From the NCBI GenBank assembly GCA_052426225.1, contig JBNJNM010000011.1, forward strand, positions 1,302,001-1,366,000: a stretch of 64,000 nt of DNA, in the 5' to 3' direction. Positions 21,001 through 31,000 of this stretch are shown here, piece after piece. Position 1 is the stretch's first letter. Every line of letters starts with the position of its first letter. The DNA is from Zancudomyces culisetae HAW-14-8. Lineage: Eukaryota; Fungi; Kickxellomycota. The notes below the pieces were generated by a model. It had not been told where the DNA came from, ran no database searches, and saw only the letters and a program-made list of their open reading frames with translations. Made by a program: the position numbers and the translations under genes.

Positions 21001-23398
21001 CTTTTTTGGGTTCTATTTTCATTTCCATCAACCGATTCATCATAGACTGTCGTCTATTTTCAACTTCTGCATCCGGTCTTGTTCTATAATGATATTGATA
21101 CTTTTTTTCGGTTGGCGTCAGAATTGGAGTTCCTGTTGGAGTTAACGTTGAGGTTGTACTACCTTTATCCTGCCTTTCCTCTTGTTGTTTGATTTCTCTT
21201 CGTATTTCTTGCACTTTTACAACATTTGTTTCGGTTGTCAACACATCAACAGCCTCTAAGTATCGAATTTTTTTCAAAATCGCTTGTCGTGAGTCTATCT
21301 TACCCCTACCACCATCGTTGCTCTGCTTTCTGCTGTCACCAATTTTCTCTGCCACTCTATCACCACCACCATCACCATCATTCTCTTCTTCCACCTCCTC
21401 CACCACCTCCTCCTCTTCTTCTTCTTCTTGTAGCTTTCCAATAACCATACTATCAGCTCCTCGCATAACCAAACTCTCGGCCTCTTGGTACTCCCGTTCT
21501 TTGATCGCCTCCTCCACTTGTTCTCCTATAGGAACAGGAACCAACCGCCACACTGTACGGCTTCCGGCTACCATCACTTGCCTTCCTCCTCCGCTACCAC
21601 CTGTCTCCTTAACTATTAGTATTGGCACATCACTTGCCAACTCTCTATTTTCATATTCATTGTCACTATAATTATCATAATCATCACCCTCATTCTCATT
21701 GTCATTCCCAGTATCGCTTTCGTTTTCTTTTTCGTTTTCGTTTTCGTTTTTGTTTTTGTTTTCGTTCTCTTCTCCATCTTCTTCATTTTGCTCTCTACTT
21801 TTTCTTCCTTTTGAATTTACCTCCGGTATCTCTTTTCTCACACTAACGCTCCGTTTCAAATTATCACTGCTTTTGACATTCTCGCCTCCACTGTCAATAT
21901 CAAATCTTGTAGTTTCCAATGCAATTTGTTGAACCAAGTTGTTTGTCATAACATTTCTCACTTCTATAACATAACCTTTTTTGTTCGTTGCTGATGTTTT
22001 ATTTGAGCTCTTTGTATCCACCTCTTGTTTCTGTTCCTGTACTTGCCCTTGTTCTTTACCCTGAGTTCCACTCTGACCTTGACCTTGATCTTGATCTCTA
22101 CTATATGACTCACTCTCCCTTCTCCTCTGCACTCTACCACATCCCCTTTCCTTAGTCCCTCCTCTTTCCACCATCGTTTCAAAATCAATTTCCGTCTCCG
22201 TTCCGGAAACGCCTAGTACATATGAACCACTGTACGTCAGGCCAACAGGATTCTGCTCAAATTTTATACTGGGTCCAATGTTGCCCATGTGTTGTGTGAT
22301 ATTACCCAGGCCATACGCTTGGTTTTTGTCGGTTTTAATATAATTTCGTTTACTTAGCTTCCCAAATCCCGTTATAAATACCCCAATATTTTCTCTGCAT
22401 AACAGCAGCTCCTCATTCATCATCCGCTCTATCCGTGGTTTATTGCCCTTTTGTCCATAAAATAGACCCAGCCCAGCTGATGAACTTAACGCGCCCGCCA
22501 AACCAAGACCCCAGCTTCCCCATCCATAATAAGACCCCTGTGCTGCCGGTGTTGTTGTTGTAGTTGCTGCTCCTGTTGCATCTATCACATTACCATCAGT
22601 ATTGATATTTCCTCCGTCTTTTTCTATATTACTACCCATTCCCATTCCCATCCCCATCCCCATCCCCACTCCTAACTCCATTCCACCCCCCATTCCTGCA
22701 CTCATCCCCTCTCTTCCTCTCCCAACAACACTCGCTCCTACTGTAAGTAGACTCGCTGTGTCTGCTGCAAACAATTCATCCCACTGTCCGTGGTTCAATT
22801 CTAGCGACCAAAATTCTTTGTCGGTGGCTACTATAATCATTGACACTGTTCCCATACCTATGCTCTCAACCCGCTCGCTACAATTGTATTCCTTGCATTC
22901 TCTATACTCTGCATCGCGCCACTCGTAAACAACCAGTTTTTTGCGTGTCACAATCGCCAGTTTAGAAACCATTGTTGGAATATTGTCAATCATCTCGATG
23001 GCTGTTAAACTTGTCATTAGTCTAGCTCCCTTTGTATTGTTTAGCACTAGTGCTTTTGTAAATGTGTTGAGTTCATACAGCGTCACGATGCCTTCGGAGA
23101 GCACCGCCAGAATCCCAGTTTCTTTAATCACCTCCATTTGCTCTATTGCCCGCCTAGTCAGCGCCTTTTTGGTCTCCACCAGTGTTACTTCGATTCCTTT
23201 ATTTTTGATCCTGCCATTTTTTTGCTGTTGCTGTTGTGGTTGATTTAGTTTTGTTTGTTTTGCCTCATTTGTATCATACACTAGCAAGGTTCCATCGGTT
23301 GTTCCCACCAACATTCGATTTCCATATATCACCATGCTTTTTATCTGTAGCTGTAGCCGCTCTATCACCGGCACAGCAACAAATGCCCTTCTACCCAT
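18074..23398 (-). CDS. VPS39: Vam6/Vps39-family HOPS subunit, 1774 aa, heavily expanded by low-complexity inserts
   Basis: N-terminal CNH propeller (GNRMLVGTTDGTL, IEQMEVIKE, KKLVVYEW), Vps39_1-like VDSELLRVY..SLVRVKNYCD, LYNGKGLHKKALDL, C-terminal CxxC...VHxxC. Confidence 0.85.
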   Translation of the reverse strand: MGRRAFVAVPVIERLQLQIKSMVIYGNRMLVGTTDGTLLVYDTNEAKQTKLNQPQQQQQKNGRIKNKGIEVTLVETKKALTRRAIEQMEVIKETGILAVLSEGIVTLYELNTFTKALVLNNTKGARLMTSLTAIEMIDNIPTMVSKLAIVTRKKLVVYEWRDAEYRECKEYNCSERVESIGMGTVSMIIVATDKEFWSLELNHGQWDELFAADTASLLTVGASVVGRGREGMSAGMGGGMELGVGMGMGMGMGMGSNIEKDGGNINTDGNVIDATGAATTTTTPAAQGSYYGWGSWGLGLAGALSSSAGLGLFYGQKGNKPRIERMMNEELLLCRENIGVFITGFGKLSKRNYIKTDKNQAYGLGNITQHMGNIGPSIKFEQNPVGLTYSGSYVLGVSGTETEIDFETMVERGGTKERGCGRVQRRRESESYSRDQDQGQGQSGTQGKEQGQVQEQKQEVDTKSSNKTSATNKKGYVIEVRNVMTNNLVQQIALETTRFDIDSGGENVKSSDNLKRSVSVRKEIPEVNSKGRKSREQNEEDGEENENKNKNENENEKENESDTGNDNENEGDDYDNYSDNEYENRELASDVPILIVKETGGSGGGRQVMVAGSRTVWRLVPVPIGEQVEEAIKEREYQEAESLVMRGADSMVIGKLQEEEEEEEVVEEVEEENDGDGGGDRVAEKIGDSRKQSNDGGRGKIDSRQAILKKIRYLEAVDVLTTETNVVKVQEIRREIKQQEERQDKGSTTSTLTPTGTPILTPTEKKYQYHYRTRPDAEVENRRQSMMNRLMEMKIEPKKVIEIYETIFENKNNEDEKGNDGTEGVKFKSNDKQSVEEQNHNQNHNQNQEVEVEVENDDNEKEKEKEKEKEKREQARKRKDVVEKESRKRYNRELMDYLVEQRRRLQKAQTNNECGTIEYTHVGKRRNVVMGIEFKKQRLMIEEVFGQVDSELLRVYIDTFPSLAGSLVRVKNYCDVMKAEEILLPQPGGNGDVNGKKIDHAKYLVDLYNGKGLHKKALDLIIRMYTDEEKEEKEAMIIRYLSRLDLYENVDVILQYLVEPLKSHSGDVEKQRKIISGIFIYGNYSAKSQVYGQSTQKAQNLSETKTPKIPTTPTTPTTPTTPTTPTTPTPTTTVNGRGRGRGEEETMTMVLRISEYLRQVDIRLAIYYLEHYVKDQQRKEKEMLAENKNENENEMSSIRVERERKREKEKIMDYEQRVLNDKLIDYYLIELNEKLERGQLVVKQYGDKLYRFLSESKQYNYERTLQKLESLIQKHSNKKSSGGGDGDGTKYVLIKERAIVLGKLQRYSFGISMMLEYVIAEYKKTHDQSLNGDETDKRLEEMEVLEDYCVVFVQENPNIYILLFKSLISYCNEASKTSQNGKIVKWLMEYVDKMIRTKGEKLDINQMLMVDDATNSNELDKDKGKDKNGDQMAAVIPDDYELNKLVDYLTLQYYTTQGMIQQQEQYMDVYRGYNSELQTRLKMYETQTYYYFGTFNNTYSSAVTRTNTTGTAISGAKQMLSSPNMKPSDVQRNTSAGRNRGESIRKMGLGEGRYCRICFKKLVVTDYDFVGIRSKAFEQEQKCQRNSDANVDVGVGVGVDLDVDVDVTLAARDRQFRYKSFSGYGNDLTVYSSLPYDCEHFNSTSNTNDENASLYTVEQNKKEKQLGKSNPEGGNSNMETEMYNNHTTKITFNNYKLLPSVHLWVNDNQPRLGSGQRQSTRVSKHDNGSGNDDMEKFRFLNSYKQYQHNIMDNEMVFVHYTCLKKSDLFNNSKK

Positions 23399-24720
23399 GT
23401 TTCCGCTTTATTATTTTTATTCTCTAGTTTTTTTTTTTTGTAATCCCAGGTATGTCTTTGGTATTGTTTGAATTGCTATTTGCAACAACTGGTTATAAAA
23501 AGAAACTAGTTCGATATGAAGGGAGGTATATATTTTGTATAATTAAAATAAGTGTCCAGTATGCCAACTCGCTATTATCTCCTAAACACTGCCCAGTATC
23601 TAATAATTTGGTTTAATACGTATATTTATTTTGAACCATTTTACTCGATATAATCTTCAATTTGAAATTGAAAATTAGTATTTCAAATTAAATGAATTTA
23701 TTTCTTGAGTTTCAAACATGCAAATTTTAATCTCAACCCACACGCGCTCATTTATAGTTCGAGTAAAATTCGAGTAAAATTCGAGAAAATTAAACTTCAA
23801 CACCATATTTCCAAGTTAAAAAATAAATAGGCTGAAAACCGAAGCTGCTTTTCAAATTGAATGTATAAAGCGGGGGGGGATGGGGGTAATGAAGATGAAA
23901 GAGTGAATTGTCGTATGAGGTCCGAAAACCAATATACACATCCAGCTGATGTTTTTTAGTGTCTTATATCTACCCCCCCTTGCGTTTTTTCTTGCCATAG
24001 TTGTTGATGTTGATGATATAAAGGTTATATAAGTATATCCAAGAGCGCATAATATAAACTGGGGGGGGGGCAAAATGCTCTAGATGGTCAAAATGAAAAA
24101 GAAAAACATTAAAATCTTCGGCTATAGTAAGAGTATCAACGTTTTATTATACATGGGGATAACCACATATAAAATAAACCATAATACGTGGATACGTGGT
24201 AAGTGGTACTAAAAAAAACAGAGAAAAAATGAGTATTTTGGAATCGTATAATCGATTATTAGTATACTAGTATTTTAGATTATAGAATCAAAAAGCCTTG
24301 TATGTCAATATTGAAAAATAACAAGTGGGAAAAGAATAGGTTGGTTGGTCTAGTACAACGAAAATGAGGAAATAAATACTATGGATGAAAAAAAAAAAGC
24401 ATAAAAAAAATTTTTCATTTGGATTTGCCCTGGGTTTGCCCCTCTATCTCACTAGTGAAAAAACTATTTGGGTAAACCCGTAAGCCAGTATTGAGCAATT
24501 GGCCAAATTGAATCAAAAAGCTGGGTAAAAGAAAATCAAGACTAAAATAAAGTAAATAAATAAATAGTAAAAGCAAATAAAAGTATATTTTGTTTTCCAG
24601 AAATAAATCTACTCCAACTCTTGTACAGAAATCTTTAGCCTAATTTATACTAGAAAGCTAAGGTAAATAGAAACAGCAAATCATTAGATTGTCAAGAGAC
24701 GATAGCAACGACAAAGAACA

Positions 24721-26466
24721 ATGAGTGCGATATATACTACAGATGAGTACGGTAGACCCTTTATTATAGTTCGGGAGCAGGAAAGCAAGACTCGAAAGAC
24801 CGGGATAGAAGCAACAAAGGTAAATTAAAAAATGAAAACCCAAACAGTGCTAATAATTATAGGCGCAAATGATTTTTATTCATTCATATTTGTTATGCTG
24901 TGAGGGTAAAACGAAAATATAATTAAAAACATGGAAAACAAACAATAGACACACATTTTGGCAGCCAAGTCCGTAACAGGGATTTTGAGAACGTCTCTAG
25001 GACCCAGAGGATTGGACAAGATTATGATATCACCAGATGGCGATATTACGATTACCAATGATGGAGCGACAATACTACAGAACATGGCGGTCGATAACCA
25101 AATAGCCAAGCTGCTGGTTGAATTATCGAAATCACAAGACGAGGAGATTGGAGATGGAACAACAGGAATAGTGGTGTTTGCAGGAGCACTGCTAGAGCAG
25201 GCAGAGGAATTGCTAGACAAAGGAATCCATCCAGTGCGAATAGCAGAAGGATTTGAGCAAGCGTGTAAAATAGCAATCGAGCACTTGGAGGAAGTTTCAG
25301 ACGTGGTGGAGTGGTCAGAGGACGACACAACAAATCTGTTCAAGTGTGCCAAGGTATCATTGGGATCAAAGATAGTCAACAAGTGCCACGACAAGTTTGC
25401 AAAAATGGCAGTAGAAGCAGTGTTGAGTGTTGCCAATATTGAGCGTAAGGATGTGGATTTCGAGTTGGTCAAGGTGGAGGGAAAAGTAGGAGGCGAGCTG
25501 GCAGATTCGCGAGTAGTCAAAGGAGTAGTTGTAGACAAGGATTTCTCACATCCGCAGATGCCCAAGGAAATCAAAGACGCCAAGATTGCAATTTTGACGT
25601 GTCCCTTTGAACCACCAAAACCCAAAACCAAGCACAAACTCGACATCACCTCGGTGGCTGAATACAAAGCGCTTGAAGTATATGAACGCGAAGTCTTTGA
25701 AGACATGATCAACCGTGTCAAGGAGAGCGGTGCCAACCTGGTTGCGTGCCAATGGGGCTTTGATGACGAAGCCAACTTTTTGCTGCTAGCCAACAAACTA
25801 CCAGCCATCCGCTGGGTTGGTGGACCTGAAATTGAGCTGATGGCCATTGCTACCAACGGCCGCATTGTGCCTCGCTTTGAAGATCTGACTCCTGAGAAGC
25901 TGGGTACTGCTGCGTCTGTCCGCGAAGTTGCGTTTGGCACAACTGGTGAAAAAATGATTTTTGTTGAGGGCTGTGCAAACTCCAAGGCCGTAACCGTTTT
26001 ACTGCGTGGTGGAAACAAAATGATTGTTGATGAAGCCAAGCGCTCACTGCACGATGCCATGTGCGTTGTCCGCAACTTAATCCGCAACAACCGTGTGGTC
26101 TACGGAGGAGGTGCTGTTGAAATCGCCTGCTCATTGCATGTCTCGCAACAGGCTGACAAAGTACCCACCATTGAGCAGTATGCTTTGCGTGCCTTTGCCA
26201 ATGCTCTTGATGCCATTCCTCTTGCTTTGGCTGAAAACTCGGGTCTTGAACCCATCGACACACTGTCAATGCTGAAATCCGAGCAGATCCGCACCAAAAA
26301 CCACCGCTTGGGTGTTGATTGTATGTCCAAGGGCTCCAACAACATGCACGAACTGTTTGTCTTTGATCCTCTTATCTCCAAGCGCCAGCAATTGCTGTTG
26401 GCTACCCAATTGGTCAAAATGATCTTGAAAATTGACGACGTCATTGTTCATAACGCTTCTCAATAA
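24721..26466 (+). CDS. CCT5: T-complex protein 1 subunit epsilon. Exons 24721-24819 and 24949-26466.
   Basis: [10 protein letters not shown]-terminus, [50 protein letters not shown]. Confidence 0.97.
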
Positions 26467-26681
26467 CCATATCTTTTATTAGTCTTCAACTTTATTTTTA
26501 TTTTAGTTTATATATTACCAAAATTTTACAGGATATTTCAATGTCAGATAAATAATCTTTTTCAATAATAAAGCACTTGATTATTTTGAAAATACTATTT
26601 AATCCTTCCCCTCTCTAAACAAACAATTATAAAAAGTACCAAAGGAAAAACAAAATACAATAGGAAAAAGAAATCGAAAGA

Positions 26682-27960
26682 ATGTCATTGAACTTCAAAG
26701 TCACAAACAGCCCAAACTCATTCTTAAGCTCCTTTTTGTCCCCAAACACACATAATTCAAACACCAGCGCAAGTGAATACCAAAACACTCCAAATTCAAA
26801 TGCCACGCCTAATTCGAATCTATCAAACCCGGAAATCACTGCAAGTATGAGTGGTACTGGTCGCCTTTCTCTATACACACAATAACAATAACAATAATAA
26901 TAATAATCATAATCATAATAATCATAATAATCATAATAATCATAATAATCATAATAATAATAACACATTTCTTGGGATTCCAGTACTAACAAGTAATTGA
27001 CACCTATTGTAGGCATACGCAGTTCAAATCTCTCCTCTTCTAGCTACTACTTTGTAATAGTTGGCACCAATGATTCACCTCTTTACGAAGCCGAATTTGG
27101 AAACTATTTGCTGGATTACCCAGTTTCAACCAAGGTACGTTTTAGTCAATGACCTTTCTTTGCTTTATATGTATTTATTGTCAATACTTCCAAGCTATAT
27201 AGTCTTTAACAACACTACGATATTTTTGGGAAATATAGAAGGATGAATATAGACACCTAAACCAATTTATTATACATTCGGCACTTGATCTAGTCGACGA
27301 AGTTATTTGGAATTCTAACAATCCGTAAGGCCTCATTTTACTTTCTTTGTGCTCAGTCCTTCCCTTTATATTGATTGTTTTTTGTTGTTTTTACATGATT
27401 GAATTGTTTAAGACGGAGAACCCCGCTAGAAACACAAATAACTTGGTAATTGATAATTATAGGTTTCTGAAAATTGTCGATTGTGTAAACGATTGGAATG
27501 TTTCAGCATATGTAACGCCAAACAGTAAGCCATCGCGGAATGTTAATATATAAGAGTTTGAGTTTGAGTTTGAGTTTGATGCATGTACCTACTGTACTTG
27601 TATCTAAGAATGATTTTATAATGTTTTATTTGTATATTGAACATATAGATACAAGATTCATGCTGCTTCACGAAGCCAAAAACGAGGAGAAAATAAAGTT
27701 GTTTTTCCAAGAAGCCCACGAATTGTACATTAAGGCAAGTACCTCTCTAATTATAAGCAATATATTGGAAGCAAGAGAGAAGTTATTGATAACACATACA
27801 CATACACATACACATACACATAAACATAAACAGGCATTAAAACACAGCTAAACTCGCTAAATAGGTGCTACTAAATCCATTCTACAAACTGAACACTAGC
27901 ATCACATCGCCTGCCTTTGATACACTAATTAGAAATCTAACTAAAAAGTTTTTATTGTAA
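26682..27960 (+). CDS. TRS20: TRAPP subunit Trs20/sedlin (TRAPPC2). Six exons: 26682 (or 26847)-26853, 27013-27134, 27239-27324, 27463-27524, 27649-27734, 27865-27960.
   Basis: Spliced product contains YYFVIVGTNDSPLYEAEF, RHLNQFIIHSALDLVDE, FLKIVD, VSAYVT, RFMLLHE and ELYIK|VLLNPFY. The last intron is GC-AG. Confidence 0.9.
26881..26963. repeat. (AAT)/(AATCAT)/(AATAATCAT) microsatellite in TRS20 intron 1
   Basis: Direct read; it lies between the donor at 26854 and the TACTAAC branch point at about 26984. Confidence 0.9.
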
Positions 27961-28001
27961 TTATTGTTTGTCTAATGGTAGAAAGAAGAATAGCCCGAAG
28001 A

Positions 28002-31000
28002 CTAAAAAAGATCATGTAAAAGTAGTTGATTTAATAAATACAACATTAAAGTACTGTTTTTATTGGTATTAGATTCTACATTGGTTGATTTCAGGCGAGA
28101 TTTTAATGATTCCAAAATGCTGATATTGTGTCTATAACTGTGTTCGTGTTCACGATGGTTGAGTTCAGAGTCATATGAATTACCAACCACCTTTTCTGTG
28201 TCGGTATGAGAATAGTGATTGCTAAAATTGCTGTTGGTATTGCTATTTCTATTGCTATTGCCATTGCTATTGCTATTGCTATTGCTAATATTCACAATGG
28301 ATGTTGGGTATTTCCTTAAAGATAAAAAAGTGGCTATCAAGTGATACTTTTTGTAATCCAAAAATACCAAAATGGCCGATTTAAGGTCACCCACCATCAC
28401 AAACGCCCTGATTATACAAGGTAGACATTTATAAAGATTCATCAAATTGTCATTCAGCTCATCGCTTTCTTCACTATAGGATCTGTGAATGCCACTGATG
28501 CTAGAGGTCTTTGTATTGTAATGGGTGTTATTATAGATGTTGGTATTATCACCAAACTCTGGAGACGGCGAAAATAACAAATGTGCATCTTTGTAATATT
28601 CAAACAGCTCCACCATCTCTATCTCACCAGCGCTTGCCCCTGAATCAGTTTTGGAGTCGCATTTACTGGAGGAAGCATTGATACCCAACAATAGCTGACT
28701 TACTGTTGTTATTGTCGACGTTGAGGTGGAGTTCGACGCGGGATTATCTACAGCTGTTACTGATTCGCCTCCTGTTTTTGATATTTCGCTTGTAAAATGA
28801 TTGAAAATCCGGTCCAGTTTATCAGCAAAATATGTATTATGGAAGTCTTTCAAGTATAAACACAACTCATCCAGCTTCTTGGTATCGACACCATTTCCAA
28901 TTCCATTAATACCTGTACTTTGGCCACTTGCTTTGCTGTTATCATCATCAATACTGGAATATGTACTTCTATATCCAATTGCTTTTATTGCGCCGACAAA
29001 TTCTTGGAAAATAGCATTATTCTCGCAGTCCTTTGCCAACTTCGCTCGCTTTCCACCAATCATGTCATCATTGACAAACTCCATGCTATCGCTATCATTA
29101 GAATTACCATCAAGGTAGATATTTCCAAGTTTACTTCGCATAGTCGTGGTAAAATAATGTCTAATGCTCTTGTATTTGTTTGACCTAGCGAGTTCAAACC
29201 CAATTCTATATAGTAACAGATTAGTAGTCGAACAGTTGAGTTCATAAAACCACTCCTCGTGCTCTCTAACCTTCTCATTTGTCTGTGCCTGCTCTTGTGC
29301 TGAGTCTTCTTGGGTATTTTTGGTACTTTCTTCAACAGAGTTAGTAGTAGTCAGCCGGTAAAAGTCTAGAAACAGAGATAATGCACCCACCAACTCAGTA
29401 GCGGTATTGTGTTTTTTGTATATAAAGTACCGGATCAAGTTGGTGATAGCGTCACGATGTTCATACACCAACACCGGATTGATCGCAGCAGCTTCATACC
29501 CAGTGCCATTCTCCTGATGTTGCCTCCTTCCACCATCAATATCCACACTGCGATGGGCACACGTACCTTCTTCAACACGAAGTTGAGGTGGCAATGATGA
29601 CTGTGCTGGGGAAGCAATTATTTTTGCTACCAAACTATTAAGTTTTGTATGGAATCGGAAGTTCTGCCGCCTCCTTTCAAGCTGCACTTCTTTATAATCA
29701 GTATTGTTGTTCTCACCACCATATTTTTCGTACCCGCTATGCCCGCCCAAGAGAATTCCAACATCTATTGCTCGCTTTAGCCTATTATCCTCCAGTAACA
29801 TCCACATCAAAATGTGAATAAACCCTCGAGTAAATACAGCACCGCTGCCCAAGTCCCCGGTCCTACCTACACAAAAATCTTTGAAAGAGTATTCATCTTT
29901 GCTGGAATCACTGCTTGTGCTAAAAATAGCATTGATCGCTTCAATCTTGTAAAGGCAAATGTTACCTGCAAGCACATCGTTTTTCATTTCTATGCCCTCA
30001 GGATTTCCACTTTGCCGCTTTCTTTGATGAGTATAAACCACTGCCAACTTGGAAAGTAAATGTACATACTTTTGAATGATACTATATGGTAGCTCTAGAG
30101 TGTCATCCCGGTGCTTCAGAGCTGACTTTATTGCCAATGCCGTCATTTTTTCAAGCAACTCCATCTCAGCTGCAAGCTCTGCTCCAGTCTCAGCTGCATG
30201 TTCCATCGTATCTATATCTGGTTGGCTGCTGTTTCTTACTACATGTAGCGTACTTTCTACCCCAACTATCTTGCTGAAATTCTCAACTCTGGTTTTAAAA
30301 TACCCAACTCCAAGTGAGTAGTACTTTAGCACATTTGTTAAATCATTGTTTTGGGAATACGCATACACCATAATTGAATATGTTCGCAAGCAAACCGTCG
30401 TATTAAGACTATCCATCAATTCCCTCAATCTCATCACCTTTGGTTTATTCTCTCCTCGATTCAGTACTACAATCAACTTTCGGATTATGTACTTTATTAC
30501 TTTTGGCGAGGTTGCCGAAGATAGCAGCGATAAAAGTGACGATGATAACGAAATCCCCATACCATTCTCGGCTTTGGAGCTACTGGTACATGATCGAGGC
30601 AGATTCTTTATAATATCTACTAGCTCTTGGCTGCGAATTTGTTGCCAGTAATCTTGCTCCTCCACTAGCAGATCGTAATATCGTTGAATTCGCTCCACAT
30701 TCCTTTTTCTCGGCACATCTCTGGCCAACGCCCACATAATATGCAAATAAATGCCTGAAATCCTAGGAACCTTCAACTGTTGCATGTCCATAAACAACTC
30801 TTCCGCAATTAACATATTTTCTATTTGAATCCTTTTATTAAAATACAGTTCTCTTTTTTCCTCAAGATTTTGAGTATCCTCAGTTTGATCTAAATTTGCA
30901 GTGTCCTGAGAATATCGAGTTTTGTAATTGTAATATCTTGCCACTATTGACTCTGGTCGCAACAACCCTGTTATCAACACCGAATAGTACAATGCCCCCA

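Noticed and set aside
24876-26090. 404-aa antisense ORF over CCT5
   Set aside because: Shadow frame of a conserved chaperonin gene; no independent motifs.
26627-27016. Minus-strand ORF with a YYD repeat
   Set aside because: Reverse translation of the AAT/CAT microsatellite inside TRS20 intron 1.
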